This document shows positions 26,959-35,893 of a stretch of 64,000 nucleotides of DNA, in pieces. The stretch is from a virus. Its lineage: Duplodnaviria > Caudoviricetes. The position numbers and the translations under genes are program-made. Position 1 is the stretch's first letter. Each line of letters starts with the position of its first letter. The notes under the pieces are model-generated. The model was given only the letters and a program-made list of their open reading frames with translations, was not told where the DNA came from and ran no database searches. The stretch is from IMG/VR virus record IMGVR_UViG_3300050821_000642, positions 1,879 to 65,878 of that record; one strand, given 5' to 3'.

Positions 26959-27334
26959 AGTTTTTCTCCTTAGCACGTCAAAGCTCACTCTCAAGATCAC
27001 TCAAGATAGTAAGTTTTGACATGCTAAGGTCCGGGCATTATGGTTTAGCCCGGCCCAGCATGTCATTCTTCAGATGCCCGCGTGGTCGGACCCACGGCGA
27101 TACATCCTACCCGACCATTCCTCGGGCGTTAGAGGGCGCGGAGGACATCGCACACCACACATGTGGCGTGATCACTGTCCGCGACCCCAATACCTAATTG
27201 GGTCTATCCACTAGCGCTCTCGATGTTGGGTAGCTAGCCGACAGCTTACTCTCGGGGGTAAGGGGTGGGGGGTGGCTACCCCATCTGGACCGGGGGGTGG
27301 CACCGGGGTGGGCGCTTTTAGGTGACCACGCAAC

Positions 27335-27388
27335 ATATTTGGTCCCCCATATAAACCTCCCTCAATCTGTAATATATTTGGTCCCCCA
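27335..27388 (+). repeat. 15-bp direct repeat ATATTTGGTCCCCCA x2
   Basis: Copies at 27335-27349 and 27374-27388. Confidence 0.8.
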
Positions 27389-27514
27389 ACCCCTTACCCA
27401 CATCCACTATCCGTAATTTCCCAAAATCCGTAGAACTACCCATTGACAAGTATTCACCAAGTATCCGCAAGTACATTACCCAACCTGAGTAAGTCGTCAA
27501 AACTATTCAACCTC

Positions 27515-27543
27515 TTGACAGGAACAAACCACAATGCTATATG
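27515..27543 (+). promoter_or_regulatory. Sigma70-type promoter upstream of terminase leader
   Basis: TTGACA-17 nt-(TG)C-TATATG. Confidence 0.6.
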
Positions 27544-27549
27544 TTTTGC

Positions 27550-27810
27550 CCAGCGGACCCAAGCTCCTGCCACGTAGCGACGGTTCGCCTGTGGTGCAAT
27601 AACGGCTGACGTACGACGATCACGGTATACCGGAGATCGTACTCGAAAGAGGTGAAAGCCAAAGACCACAGAAGCGCGCGAGTATGCCCCCGTTCCCAAG
27701 ATGTCTGTCCCTTGGGGCGGGGGTTCTCGTGTTTCTTCTCCCTGCCGAATTAAGGGGTTCGGCGGCGGGAGTAGCGCTGGTATGGCGCAGGGAGAGCACG
27801 GGCGCATCAG
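27550..27810 (+). ncRNA. Candidate structured RNA / long terL leader
   Basis: Nested stems CTGTGGT/ACCACAG, GGCT/AGCC, ACGATC/GATCGT and CTC-GAAA-GAG, plus two further hairpins; no plus-strand ORF. Confidence 0.4.
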
Positions 27811-27858
27811 CCCGTGATTACCCGCGTGAGTAAGGACCGTGAGTAGGGACGTGGCGCA

Positions 27859-29364
27859 ATGAGAACCGGGAACACGAAGCAGTCGTGGGTGTACACCGCG
27901 CCCCCGACGATAGCACGGTTCATAGAAAGTGACGCTTTTGGGCGGTTAATCTGGGGCCCGGTCGGGTCTGGCAAGAGTACAGCTTGTATCGTAGAAACTG
28001 CCAGAAGGATGGCGCAACAGGCTCCCGGTGAAGATGGGTTACGCCATACCCGGTTCGCTATCATCCGCCAGAGCCTTAAAGACCTTAAGGGTACAATCCT
28101 CAAAGACATTAGGCAATGGTTCGGTCCTCTCGCGGATTGGAAGGTGTCTGAGTCTACTCTCTATCTTCGTTTTGGCGACGTAGACAGTGAATGGCCTTTT
28201 ATCCCTCTCGATGAACCGGATGACATTAAACGCTTGCTCAGCTTACAGCTAACCGGCGCATTCATAAACGAGTGTATTGAAACCGACGTGGATATCTTGA
28301 GCGATATCGCGGGGCGCGTCGGCAGATACCCGAACAATGAGTATGGGGCGTGTACGTGGTCGGGCATCTGGATGGACACCAACGCGCCGATCATTCACAC
28401 CCCGTGGGCGAAATTCATCGATGCGCCGCCGCCCGAGTGGCAGGTGTTCCACCAACCGGGGGGTCATACTGATGAAGCAGAAAATCTTGCGCACCTCAAC
28501 CAGACTGCCGAGACGATGCTCCTCCCCGAGGATGACCCGAGGCGTATTGAGCAGGGTCGTGGTTACTATAATCGTCTTCTTAGCGTGGGTTCCCCTGACT
28601 ACGTTCGCCGTTATGTTTGGTCGCAGTTTGGTCGCGATCCTTCTGGCGCTGCCGTCTTTGCCGAGAGTTTTAAGTACGACTACCACGTCAGCCCCACTCC
28701 TCTGGACCCTGTGTATAGCCGCATGCTTGTGGTTGGGCAGGATTTCGGGCGCTCTCCTTGGTCCCTCATCACGCAACTCGACCACTCTGGCCGTCTCTTG
28801 GTCCTAGAGGAGGTTCCCGGCAGGGGGCCTACGGGTGAAAATATAGGGTTGCAATTGCATGCGCGGCAAAATCTCATTCCAGTATTGCTACAACAGCGAT
28901 ACGCTGGCCGTCCATTTGTGCTTGTCGGAGACCCCACCGGAATGGCCCGAGACAGTCTGTTTGAACTCAATGCTTTCGATTTGCTTAAGTCCTGCGGACT
29001 GAACGCGGAGCCAGCGCCCACGAACGACCTTGACCCGCGCATACGAGGTGTGGAGAGCTTCTTCGGGCGCAACGTCGCGGGCGGTCCCGCCATCCTGATC
29101 GACGGCACAAGATGTCCAACGTTAGTCGCCGCACTCAACGGCCAGTACAAGTTCGCCGTCACTCCCGACGCATCTGGAGGGACGTTCCAAAAAACCGTAC
29201 CGGAAAAGCTTCATCCGTGGTCCGACGTGGCGGACTGCCTGCAATATGTCTGTCTGGTCACCGGCAATCAGGGGGCTTACGCGTGGGTGTTGGGGCGGGT
29301 GGTGGATCGCTTACGCCCTCGACGCCCGACGCGGCGACCGATTTCTTCTCTAGCATGGACCTAG
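27859..29364 (+). CDS. terL: Terminase large subunit
   Basis: Walker A GPVGSGKS, FINE Walker B, MDTN coupling motif, nuclease motifs GQDFG and SDVADCLQY. Confidence 0.92.
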   Translation: MRTGNTKQSWVYTAPPTIARFIESDAFGRLIWGPVGSGKSTACIVETARRMAQQAPGEDGLRHTRFAIIRQSLKDLKGTILKDIRQWFGPLADWKVSESTLYLRFGDVDSEWPFIPLDEPDDIKRLLSLQLTGAFINECIETDVDILSDIAGRVGRYPNNEYGACTWSGIWMDTNAPIIHTPWAKFIDAPPPEWQVFHQPGGHTDEAENLAHLNQTAETMLLPEDDPRRIEQGRGYYNRLLSVGSPDYVRRYVWSQFGRDPSGAAVFAESFKYDYHVSPTPLDPVYSRMLVVGQDFGRSPWSLITQLDHSGRLLVLEEVPGRGPTGENIGLQLHARQNLIPVLLQQRYAGRPFVLVGDPTGMARDSLFELNAFDLLKSCGLNAEPAPTNDLDPRIRGVESFFGRNVAGGPAILIDGTRCPTLVAALNGQYKFAVTPDASGGTFQKTVPEKLHPWSDVADCLQYVCLVTGNQGAYAWVLGRVVDRLRPRRPTRRPISSLAWT

Positions 29365-29450
29365 GCGCGCGAGGGAGCGCAACAAACCCCGGCTCAAGCC
29401 GGGGGTCGTTGTCCTCCGAGTAGATCGTCATCCGGTGTTCGACTTCTTCC

Positions 29451-29759
29451 CTACTCATCGTCGGGCTTCATTTCCGCCACTGGCAGAGGGGAGCCGTGTG
29501 CGTAGCGCTCGTAGTTGAGGCGAAACGCCAGCCCGTTCACCGCGCACGCCAGTGAGTGCGCCCATCCCGGCGTATACGACAGGATGCTCTCGGTCGCTCG
29601 CGCCCCATCCGAGTCAGGGTCGTCGCTGACCACCGCCACCGCCAAACCGAGTGCATGCACTCGGCCTTCTTTTGCATCGCGCAGGCACTCGCGCAGCAGG
29701 TTGATTATTTTCTGGTTTGGCTCCAACGCGCGGGGGATGGCTTTGAGTTTGGGCATCAT
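29451..29759 (-). CDS. Hypothetical protein
   Basis: AAGGAAG RBS and ATGA overlap with the upstream gene. Confidence 0.6.
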   Translation of the reverse strand: MMPKLKAIPRALEPNQKIINLLRECLRDAKEGRVHALGLAVAVVSDDPDSDGARATESILSYTPGWAHSLACAVNGLAFRLNYERYAHGSPLPVAEMKPDDE

Positions 29760-30328
29760 AGGTCTTCCTTTTCCATATCTCTCCATATCGCGCTGATGCG
29801 CGGGCGGGAGTCCTCCACATCGCGCGTCGCGTACGCTGACGCGCCTACGCTATCGGGTAACTCACGCGAGTAAGTCTCACTCTCCCCCGGCCCCGTCTGC
29901 TCGATCAGCACCGTCTCGCGCCGCCCCTGCCCGAGGTTGATCTCCAGCTTGAAGAACTGGCCCCCGCCCGGTGGCAGCACGTCCGGGTTACCCAAATTGC
30001 CGATCCGGGCGACGATCTCCAACGCCTTCACCTTGGAGCTTAGCGGCTCTTTCGGATTGGTCATCTCCTGAAAGAAATGCGGCAGGGCCTGCTCGACGTT
30101 GACCGCCGCCTTCAAACGTATCCGCTTGTGGGTGTTGCTCGCTCCCTCCCACTCGCTGGTGGCTTGGTTGAGGATCAGTTTGAACGTGCGAGTTTCCGCC
30201 AGTTCGTTGTAGTCTTCGCGTGTAAACCCTAGTCGCTTGAACAGTTCATCCTCGTCCTCGACCCCCTTAGCGATGCCGGTCGCCAACTCGCGCAGCAGTT
30301 GTTCGTCGTGAATGGTCAGAGAAGACAT
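29756..30328 (-). CDS. Putative terminase small subunit-like protein
   Basis: N-terminal HTH-like segment, helical core, C-terminal FKLEINLG strand; lies between terL and portal. Confidence 0.55.
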   Translation of the reverse strand: MSSLTIHDEQLLRELATGIAKGVEDEDELFKRLGFTREDYNELAETRTFKLILNQATSEWEGASNTHKRIRLKAAVNVEQALPHFFQEMTNPKEPLSSKVKALEIVARIGNLGNPDVLPPGGGQFFKLEINLGQGRRETVLIEQTGPGESETYSRELPDSVGASAYATRDVEDSRPRISAIWRDMEKEDL

Positions 30329-30343
30329 TTTTTAATCACCCTC

Positions 30344-30372
30344 TTGACAGTGATATGACGACATGGTATACC
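30344..30372 (+). promoter_or_regulatory. Sigma70-type promoter of portal/head operon
   Basis: TTGACA-17 nt-(TG)G-TATACC; AAGGA RBS before 30411. Confidence 0.65.
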
Positions 30373-30410
30373 TCCTATGTTCACGTGGCAAGTGATTAAG
30401 GATAGACGGG

Positions 30411-32978
30411 ATGGCGGCGCTGCCGGGCGCACCGGCTTTGCGCGTCGTAGGGCGGGACGGCACAGCGCAAGCTCAACAGGTCATGGATGCGGCGCGGGCG
30501 CAAGCCTATGCGCCACCTGAGAACGCACCTCCGCAAGGTCTAGCCGGTTTCGTAACCGACCAATATACATTGATGCGTCGGCATCGCGACACCGTGGGGC
30601 GCGGTTGGTCGGATCGTCTATTAGCAGCGTTGCGCGCGTTCGATGGGGTGTACGAACCCAACATCATCGAAGAGATCAAACGCTTTGGCGGGAGTAATGT
30701 TTACGCCCGTACTATTGCGATGAAGTGCCGGGGAACCAGTTCCCTTCTTAGAGACGTGTATTTAGGCACCGACCGCCCGTGGGGTATAGAGCCTAGCCCC
30801 GACCCCGACGTTCCCGACGAGATCGTGCAGGCGATAGGCGAGCATATCTCGGGCGAAGTGACGCAGGCGGTGCAGGCGCATTTCCAAGCGGCGCAGGCCC
30901 AGCAAGCGCACGCGATAGGCACGGCAGCAGCGCATGCATACGGAGCCGCTACAGGGCAGCACCCATCGTTCGTGGATGCAAGCATCCCCTCACATCAAAG
31001 CGGCCCATCTCAAGGCATGCATACGGGTGCTATACCTCCGGGCATACCTCCACCTCCCGGTCAAGGTGCGGGTCTTCCTCCACCCCCGCCGCCCCCTCCG
31101 CTGCCCGATCCCTCCGCGATAAGGCAGCGCTACGAAGACATGATGGAGGATGCGCGCGACCTCGCTAAGCGCCACGCCTCCGACCAAGCAAAGGTGGCCG
31201 AAGACAAGTTGGAGGAAAAGCTGGCGCAGGGCGGGTTCTACACCGCCTTGGCTGAGTTTTTGGTTGACCTGCCGTTGTTCCCCTATGCGGTGATTAAAGG
31301 CCCCACCGTTCGTATTAAAACTCAGGTGAAGTGGTCGAAAGACGTAGCGCCGTGGTCGGGGACTCCCCAAATGCCCCCGCCGCCTCAAGCTCCACCCAAC
31401 ATGCAGGGGCCGCAAGGTAACTCACTTACACCCTCCCCGCTTACTCAGGGGAGTAACCTTCCCGGCACGCCTCCCCGAACTCCTCCCAAGCAACCCCAGA
31501 TCGCCAAGCCCATCGTTCAAGACGTGCCGATGCTGTGCTGGGAGCGGGTATCGCCTTTCGACATTTATTGGACCCCCGGCGTTGCGGATATAGCCGATGC
31601 CAACGTTGTTCAGCGCTCGCGCCTCACACGTGCCGAAATTAACGACCTTCTCGATCTACCGGGCTTCATCACTGACGAAGTGCGGGCAGTGCTGGACGAG
31701 TACGGTAGAGGAGGGTTGGTCGATAACTGGGACCAGACCGACGCCGAGCGCGCCATCCTTGAAAGCCGCGAAGACCCAAGGTTCAATCAGTCGGGCTTGA
31801 TCGCTTGCTTAGAGTTTCAGGGTAACGCTCAGGGAAGATATCTTCTCGATCTGGGCATGGACCCCACCCTCATTCCCGACCCGCTTAGAGACTACTTTAT
31901 CAACGCGTGGCTGATTGGGCGGCACATCATTAAGGTCCAGCTTGCCCCCTCGCCGCGCAAGCGCCACCAATATTACGCCACCAGTTTCGAGAAGGTTCCG
32001 GGCAATCCTTGCGGCAATGGCCTGCCGGATTTGCTGGCGGATATTTCAAGTGTGATGAATGCGACCCTGCGGTCGCTGGTCAACAATCTCTCGATCTCCT
32101 CCGGTCCTCAAGCGGTCATCAACGATGATCGCTTGAGCGATGGCGAGGATGGCGAGCAGATGTACCCGTGGAAGCGCTGGCATGTCAAATCTGATCCGTT
32201 CGGGAACAACACCGAAAAAGCGGTCGAGTTCTTCTCGCCTGCTAGCAATTCTCAGGAGCTTCTTCAGGTCTATATGGCGTTCTCTGGTTTGGCTGACGAA
32301 CACTCAGCGATCCCGAAGTTCATGACCGGCAACCCGCCTGCGGGCGGGCTGGGGCGCACTGCATCAGGGCTGAGCATGCTGATGCAGAACAGTTCCAAGA
32401 TACTTCAGACTGTCGCTAGCAACATCGACCGGGACGTGATCGAGCCGGTGCTGATGAGCCTGTACGACATGGTGATGCTGACCGACGAGACGGGGATACT
32501 GACCGGCGAAGAAAAGGTGCGGGTGTTGGGTGTGCAAGTCGCGCAACAGCGCGAAACCCAACGCGCCCGTCAGCTTGAGTTCCTGCAACTGACTGGCAAC
32601 CCCATCGACATGCAGATCATTGGACCGAAGGGCCGGGCGCAGGTGTTGCGCAATGTCGCTACCGAAATTGGGTTACCCGGCGAGAACATCGTGCCATCTG
32701 ACGAAGAGATGGATGCGAAGGAAAAACAAGCACAAATGATGGCCCAACAGCAGGGGATGGTTGGGCATGCGATGGGGCCAAATGGACCGCCCGGACAAGG
32801 TGGACAGCCCGGCACACCGCAAGCAGGGCCTCCATCGGGCGGTGCGCCGGGCGGTGGTGGACCCCCTCAACCGCCGCCCGGTCAGCCGCAAGGGCAGACC
32901 CGTGATCAAGGGCCGAGGACAAACTTGGTCAACACCAATGCGGGCGGCGGTGCGCCCATAGCGGGAGGTCCACAATGA
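30411..32978 (+). CDS. Portal protein
   Basis: Size and position; VIKGP, VSPFDIYW, G.GLPDLL, RSLVNNLSISSGPQ, RTASGLSML. Confidence 0.85.
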   Translation: MAALPGAPALRVVGRDGTAQAQQVMDAARAQAYAPPENAPPQGLAGFVTDQYTLMRRHRDTVGRGWSDRLLAALRAFDGVYEPNIIEEIKRFGGSNVYARTIAMKCRGTSSLLRDVYLGTDRPWGIEPSPDPDVPDEIVQAIGEHISGEVTQAVQAHFQAAQAQQAHAIGTAAAHAYGAATGQHPSFVDASIPSHQSGPSQGMHTGAIPPGIPPPPGQGAGLPPPPPPPPLPDPSAIRQRYEDMMEDARDLAKRHASDQAKVAEDKLEEKLAQGGFYTALAEFLVDLPLFPYAVIKGPTVRIKTQVKWSKDVAPWSGTPQMPPPPQAPPNMQGPQGNSLTPSPLTQGSNLPGTPPRTPPKQPQIAKPIVQDVPMLCWERVSPFDIYWTPGVADIADANVVQRSRLTRAEINDLLDLPGFITDEVRAVLDEYGRGGLVDNWDQTDAERAILESREDPRFNQSGLIACLEFQGNAQGRYLLDLGMDPTLIPDPLRDYFINAWLIGRHIIKVQLAPSPRKRHQYYATSFEKVPGNPCGNGLPDLLADISSVMNATLRSLVNNLSISSGPQAVINDDRLSDGEDGEQMYPWKRWHVKSDPFGNNTEKAVEFFSPASNSQELLQVYMAFSGLADEHSAIPKFMTGNPPAGGLGRTASGLSMLMQNSSKILQTVASNIDRDVIEPVLMSLYDMVMLTDETGILTGEEKVRVLGVQVAQQRETQRARQLEFLQLTGNPIDMQIIGPKGRAQVLRNVATEIGLPGENIVPSDEEMDAKEKQAQMMAQQQGMVGHAMGPNGPPGQGGQPGTPQAGPPSGGAPGGGGPPQPPPGQPQGQTRDQGPRTNLVNTNAGGGAPIAGGPQ

Positions 32979-33358
32979 AGGACGAGCAGCTACGCCAGCA
33001 AGCCGAAGCGCGCCGCCCGCTGATCGAGCAATGGCCGGAAGCGATCCCGTCTGGCTACATCGCGTCAGATGACGCGGTTTTGTACCTCAGACAACGGTTT
33101 GGCAAGGCGCTGACCACGGAAAAACTGAACGCGTTTGAGAGCGGGCAATCAGGGCCGCGCCCGCTCAGAGTGGGCAAACTGATCTGTTACGCCTTCGATG
33201 AGGTCGATCTATGGGCCTACCGCATGCTGACCGGCGTGCCTGCGTCGTGGCGGGAGACGGAGGGCCGGGTCAGCATGGTGCCGCGACTGAAGTGGGAAGA
33301 CTTGCCAGTGGAGGAACGGCGCTCGTTGCCGCCCCTCGTGGACGAGGACGAGGAGTAA
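32975..33358 (+). CDS. Excisionase/AlpA-like HTH protein
   Basis: L...ESGQSGP..LRVGKLICY..DEVDLWA pattern. Confidence 0.55.
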   Translation: MKDEQLRQQAEARRPLIEQWPEAIPSGYIASDDAVLYLRQRFGKALTTEKLNAFESGQSGPRPLRVGKLICYAFDEVDLWAYRMLTGVPASWRETEGRVSMVPRLKWEDLPVEERRSLPPLVDEDEE

Positions 33359-33363
33359 CCCAG

Positions 33364-33726
33364 ATGCCAAGGATCAGAGGAATGAAGGGACCGGGCGCAG
33401 CAAAAATGGGCGGCGGCGGGCGTAAGCCGGGAGCGCCGCCGACGATGATGGCGGGTAAGCCTGCTGGCGGTCCCCCCGCTGGCATTGGCGCTGCCCCGCC
33501 GCCGCGTCCAATGCCGCCCAAGCCGCCGATGGGCGCGGGTGCGCCTCCTCCCATGCCGGGTGGCAGCGGCGGGGGTTTAGGTCCTCCGGGCGGCGGTGGC
33601 GGTATGGGCGGCTCAGGCGGGTTTCAAAAGGGTGGCCCCGCCAAGCGGTTTGAGAAGGGCGGTGCGGTCGGTATCGGTGGCGCGGACACCAAGCCGCGTG
33701 TCAAGGGTGGACGCGACCACGAGTAA
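33364..33726 (+). CDS. Gly/Pro-rich low-complexity protein
   Basis: GAGGAG RBS; FQKGG and FEKGG motifs. Confidence 0.6.
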   Translation: MPRIRGMKGPGAAKMGGGGRKPGAPPTMMAGKPAGGPPAGIGAAPPPRPMPPKPPMGAGAPPPMPGGSGGGLGPPGGGGGMGGSGGFQKGGPAKRFEKGGAVGIGGADTKPRVKGGRDHE

Positions 33727-33795
33727 CGAACTCACGTGAGTAACTTTTTCCAGTATGACGACCTTCAACTGGAACTCGATCTAGGAGATAGGAAC

Positions 33796-34083
33796 ATGGG
33801 TAAAGAGATGAGCCGGTCGGAGAAGCCCGATTTTTTCGCCAAGGGCGGCACTGGCAAGATGTTTGAGAAAGGCACTGCGCACGAGGCGCTGTCGGGCGTA
33901 TCGGGCAAGGCCAGCAATGGCGGCGCTTCGGGCGAGGTGGCTGACCGGATCGGCCCGGAGAAGGAAGCCTACACCGAAGGCGTGCGGATGGCTGAAGGTG
34001 GCGGCTCCAACGAGATGTTCGGCAAGGGCCACGCGGGTAAGAAGGTGCCGAATATCAGTGGAAAAGCCTCACAAGAGGGTTGA
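33796..34083 (+). CDS. Small Gly-rich protein with internal duplication
   Basis: AGGAG RBS; FAKGG...MF.KG.A...SGKAS repeated twice. Confidence 0.6.
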   Translation: MGKEMSRSEKPDFFAKGGTGKMFEKGTAHEALSGVSGKASNGGASGEVADRIGPEKEAYTEGVRMAEGGGSNEMFGKGHAGKKVPNISGKASQEG

Positions 34084-34176
34084 CTTTTAACTCAATCCAT
34101 GCGTGTAGCGTAGGTTCCTGATTTGGTCCCGTTCGTTCCCGTACTGTTCACGGGCAGAAACTTTTAGGGTGACGAC

Positions 34177-34722
34177 ATGACGATCCCGTACAATACGGAC
34201 CACGGCACCCGTAACGCCGTGCTGGCGGAACTGGCGGCGGACGTGGTTGCCGCTGGCGGGACAGTGCAGGGCATTATCGCCTCCACTGCCGGGGAGACGC
34301 AGCCGAATTGGGTGCTGTTCCTCAATCGGATCATTGCCGGGGCGAATGGGGTTGGCGGCGGCGCGGCCATCCCGACTTATGTCAGTCTGGACTATAGCGC
34401 TTTTCAATCGGTAGTTAAGGCGGTTCAAGCTAAGCTCTCTACCCCGCCGCCCGCGCCGACCAACACGGTGCTGCCGGTGGCTTCGTTCACCAGCGGCACT
34501 GGCGCGTTGGGTTCTGTCGCTACTTCCACCAACGGCACGTGGACCGGCTCGCCCACGTTCACGTTCCAATGGCTGCGCAGCGGCGCGAACATCGCCGGGG
34601 CGACGGGGGTGAGTTATACTTTTGTCGCGGCGGACAGCGGCAACACCATCTCACGTCGAACCACCGGCACTAATGCGGGCGGCACGCTGTCAGTGGTGTC
34701 GAACACGCTGGATGCGACATGA
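34177..34722 (+). CDS. Virion decoration-like protein with Ig-like domain
   Basis: PTNTVLP...GTWTGSPTFTFQWLR.G..I.GAT...YT Ig-fold motif. Confidence 0.7.
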   Translation: MTIPYNTDHGTRNAVLAELAADVVAAGGTVQGIIASTAGETQPNWVLFLNRIIAGANGVGGGAAIPTYVSLDYSAFQSVVKAVQAKLSTPPPAPTNTVLPVASFTSGTGALGSVATSTNGTWTGSPTFTFQWLRSGANIAGATGVSYTFVAADSGNTISRRTTGTNAGGTLSVVSNTLDAT

Positions 34723-35078
34723 ACGTGGTGCTTAGAAATTTCCCCAAGCCGCCGCTGGCGGTGGTTCACGCGGACTGCGGTCTGAGTGAGCGCCGGGAGA
34801 TCGTGGCGCGGATATGCGACCGGACCAACGAGATTTTGGAGTACTGCTTTGGGCTGGAAAGCTCCAAGGTGCTGGTTCCGGCGCAATCGAACATTGACGA
34901 GCGCATGCCCTTGTATTTCCTGCGTCCGTGTGTTGAGTATATCAATATGATCATCATGACGCAGGGTTTGGATGTTCCGTTGCTGGCGATGCCCGGCGAC
35001 AACATGGACTACCATCGCTTCGTGCCGCTGACGCGGGAGATCGCGGAAGCGTTGAACGCGATCATTGAGGAACTGTGA
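34719..35078 (+). CDS. Hypothetical protein
   Basis: 4-nt overlaps at both ends. Confidence 0.55.
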   Translation: MNVVLRNFPKPPLAVVHADCGLSERREIVARICDRTNEILEYCFGLESSKVLVPAQSNIDERMPLYFLRPCVEYINMIIMTQGLDVPLLAMPGDNMDYHRFVPLTREIAEALNAIIEEL

Positions 35079-35371
35079 TGTACGTGGGGGACAAGATGGA
35101 TATTGGGCAGGCGGTTCGACGGCTTCTGAGTGGCGGGCGCATCCGGCGCGCGGGGTGGAACGGCAAGGGGGTGTACCTCTTTCTTGTCCCCGGCTCCACG
35201 TTCACCGTTGAGGCCGACAGGCCGATGGGCAAGGCATGCCCCGAGTTGGTCGGCAAGGAGATCGACTACCATGCCCATGTGGACATGAAGACGGCACAGG
35301 GGTATGTGGTGCCGTGGCTTTGCTCGCAGGCCGACCTGCTGGCGGACGATTGGGAGAATGTGGATGGATAA
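35075..35371 (+). CDS. DUF2829 / Thoeris anti-defence 2 (Tad2)-like protein
   Basis: GQAVRRLLSGGRIRRAGWNGKG.YL...DMKTAQG..VPWLCSQADLLADDW, a canonical DUF2829 pattern. Confidence 0.85.
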   Translation: MMYVGDKMDIGQAVRRLLSGGRIRRAGWNGKGVYLFLVPGSTFTVEADRPMGKACPELVGKEIDYHAHVDMKTAQGYVVPWLCSQADLLADDWENVDG

Positions 35372-35642
35372 GAAATCTGAGCAACGCAAAGATCACAAAG
35401 AATGCGGCGACACCGATATCGGGGTTCACGACTATGGCGCGGGCGGCAAGCGCGAGCAGTTAGCCGGGCTGTGGAGCATCCCCGGCAAGGAGGTGGTTGG
35501 GCTTGGCCCCGAGCGGATCATGACCAACTGCTACTGCAAGGAGGAGCCGGGCGAGAAGAAAGACAAGCCTGACCTGATGGATCAGATTATCGAGCATGGC
35601 CCGCCGCTCCTCAATACCTCAAAGCCTCATCGAGTGTTTTGA
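35364..35642 (+). CDS. Hypothetical protein
   Basis: GGAG RBS; overlaps the upstream stop. Confidence 0.5.
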   Translation: MDKKSEQRKDHKECGDTDIGVHDYGAGGKREQLAGLWSIPGKEVVGLGPERIMTNCYCKEEPGEKKDKPDLMDQIIEHGPPLLNTSKPHRVF

Positions 35643-35655
35643 TGCGGGTTACGAC

Positions 35656-35892
35656 GTGAGCGAGGAGCGGGATGAATATATCAGGGCGACTTACTCACTG
35701 AGTAAGGTTAGCCCGGATGCGTGGGCGACGTTCATAGAAGCGTTCAAGATGTTTACGTTGTACGAGTACGAGCGGTCGTTATCGGCTCCTGCACATGAGG
35801 TGCAGATCAATATTGGGCAGAACAGGCGGATGCGGGATTTGCGGGACGACTTTATCCATATCGAAAATCTGGCGAACAAACTGAAGAAGTAA
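35656..35892 (+). CDS. Hypothetical protein preceding scaffold
   Basis: Small helical protein with IGQ..R..L pattern; stop abuts the scaffold ATG. Confidence 0.55.
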   Translation: MSEERDEYIRATYSLSKVSPDAWATFIEAFKMFTLYEYERSLSAPAHEVQINIGQNRRMRDLRDDFIHIENLANKLKK

Positions 35893-35893
35893 A

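Noticed and set aside
27600-27665. Hammerhead ribozyme (CTGAC...GAAA)
   Set aside because: The core reads CTGACGT rather than CUGANGA and the stem arrangement does not fit; kept only as a generic structured RNA.
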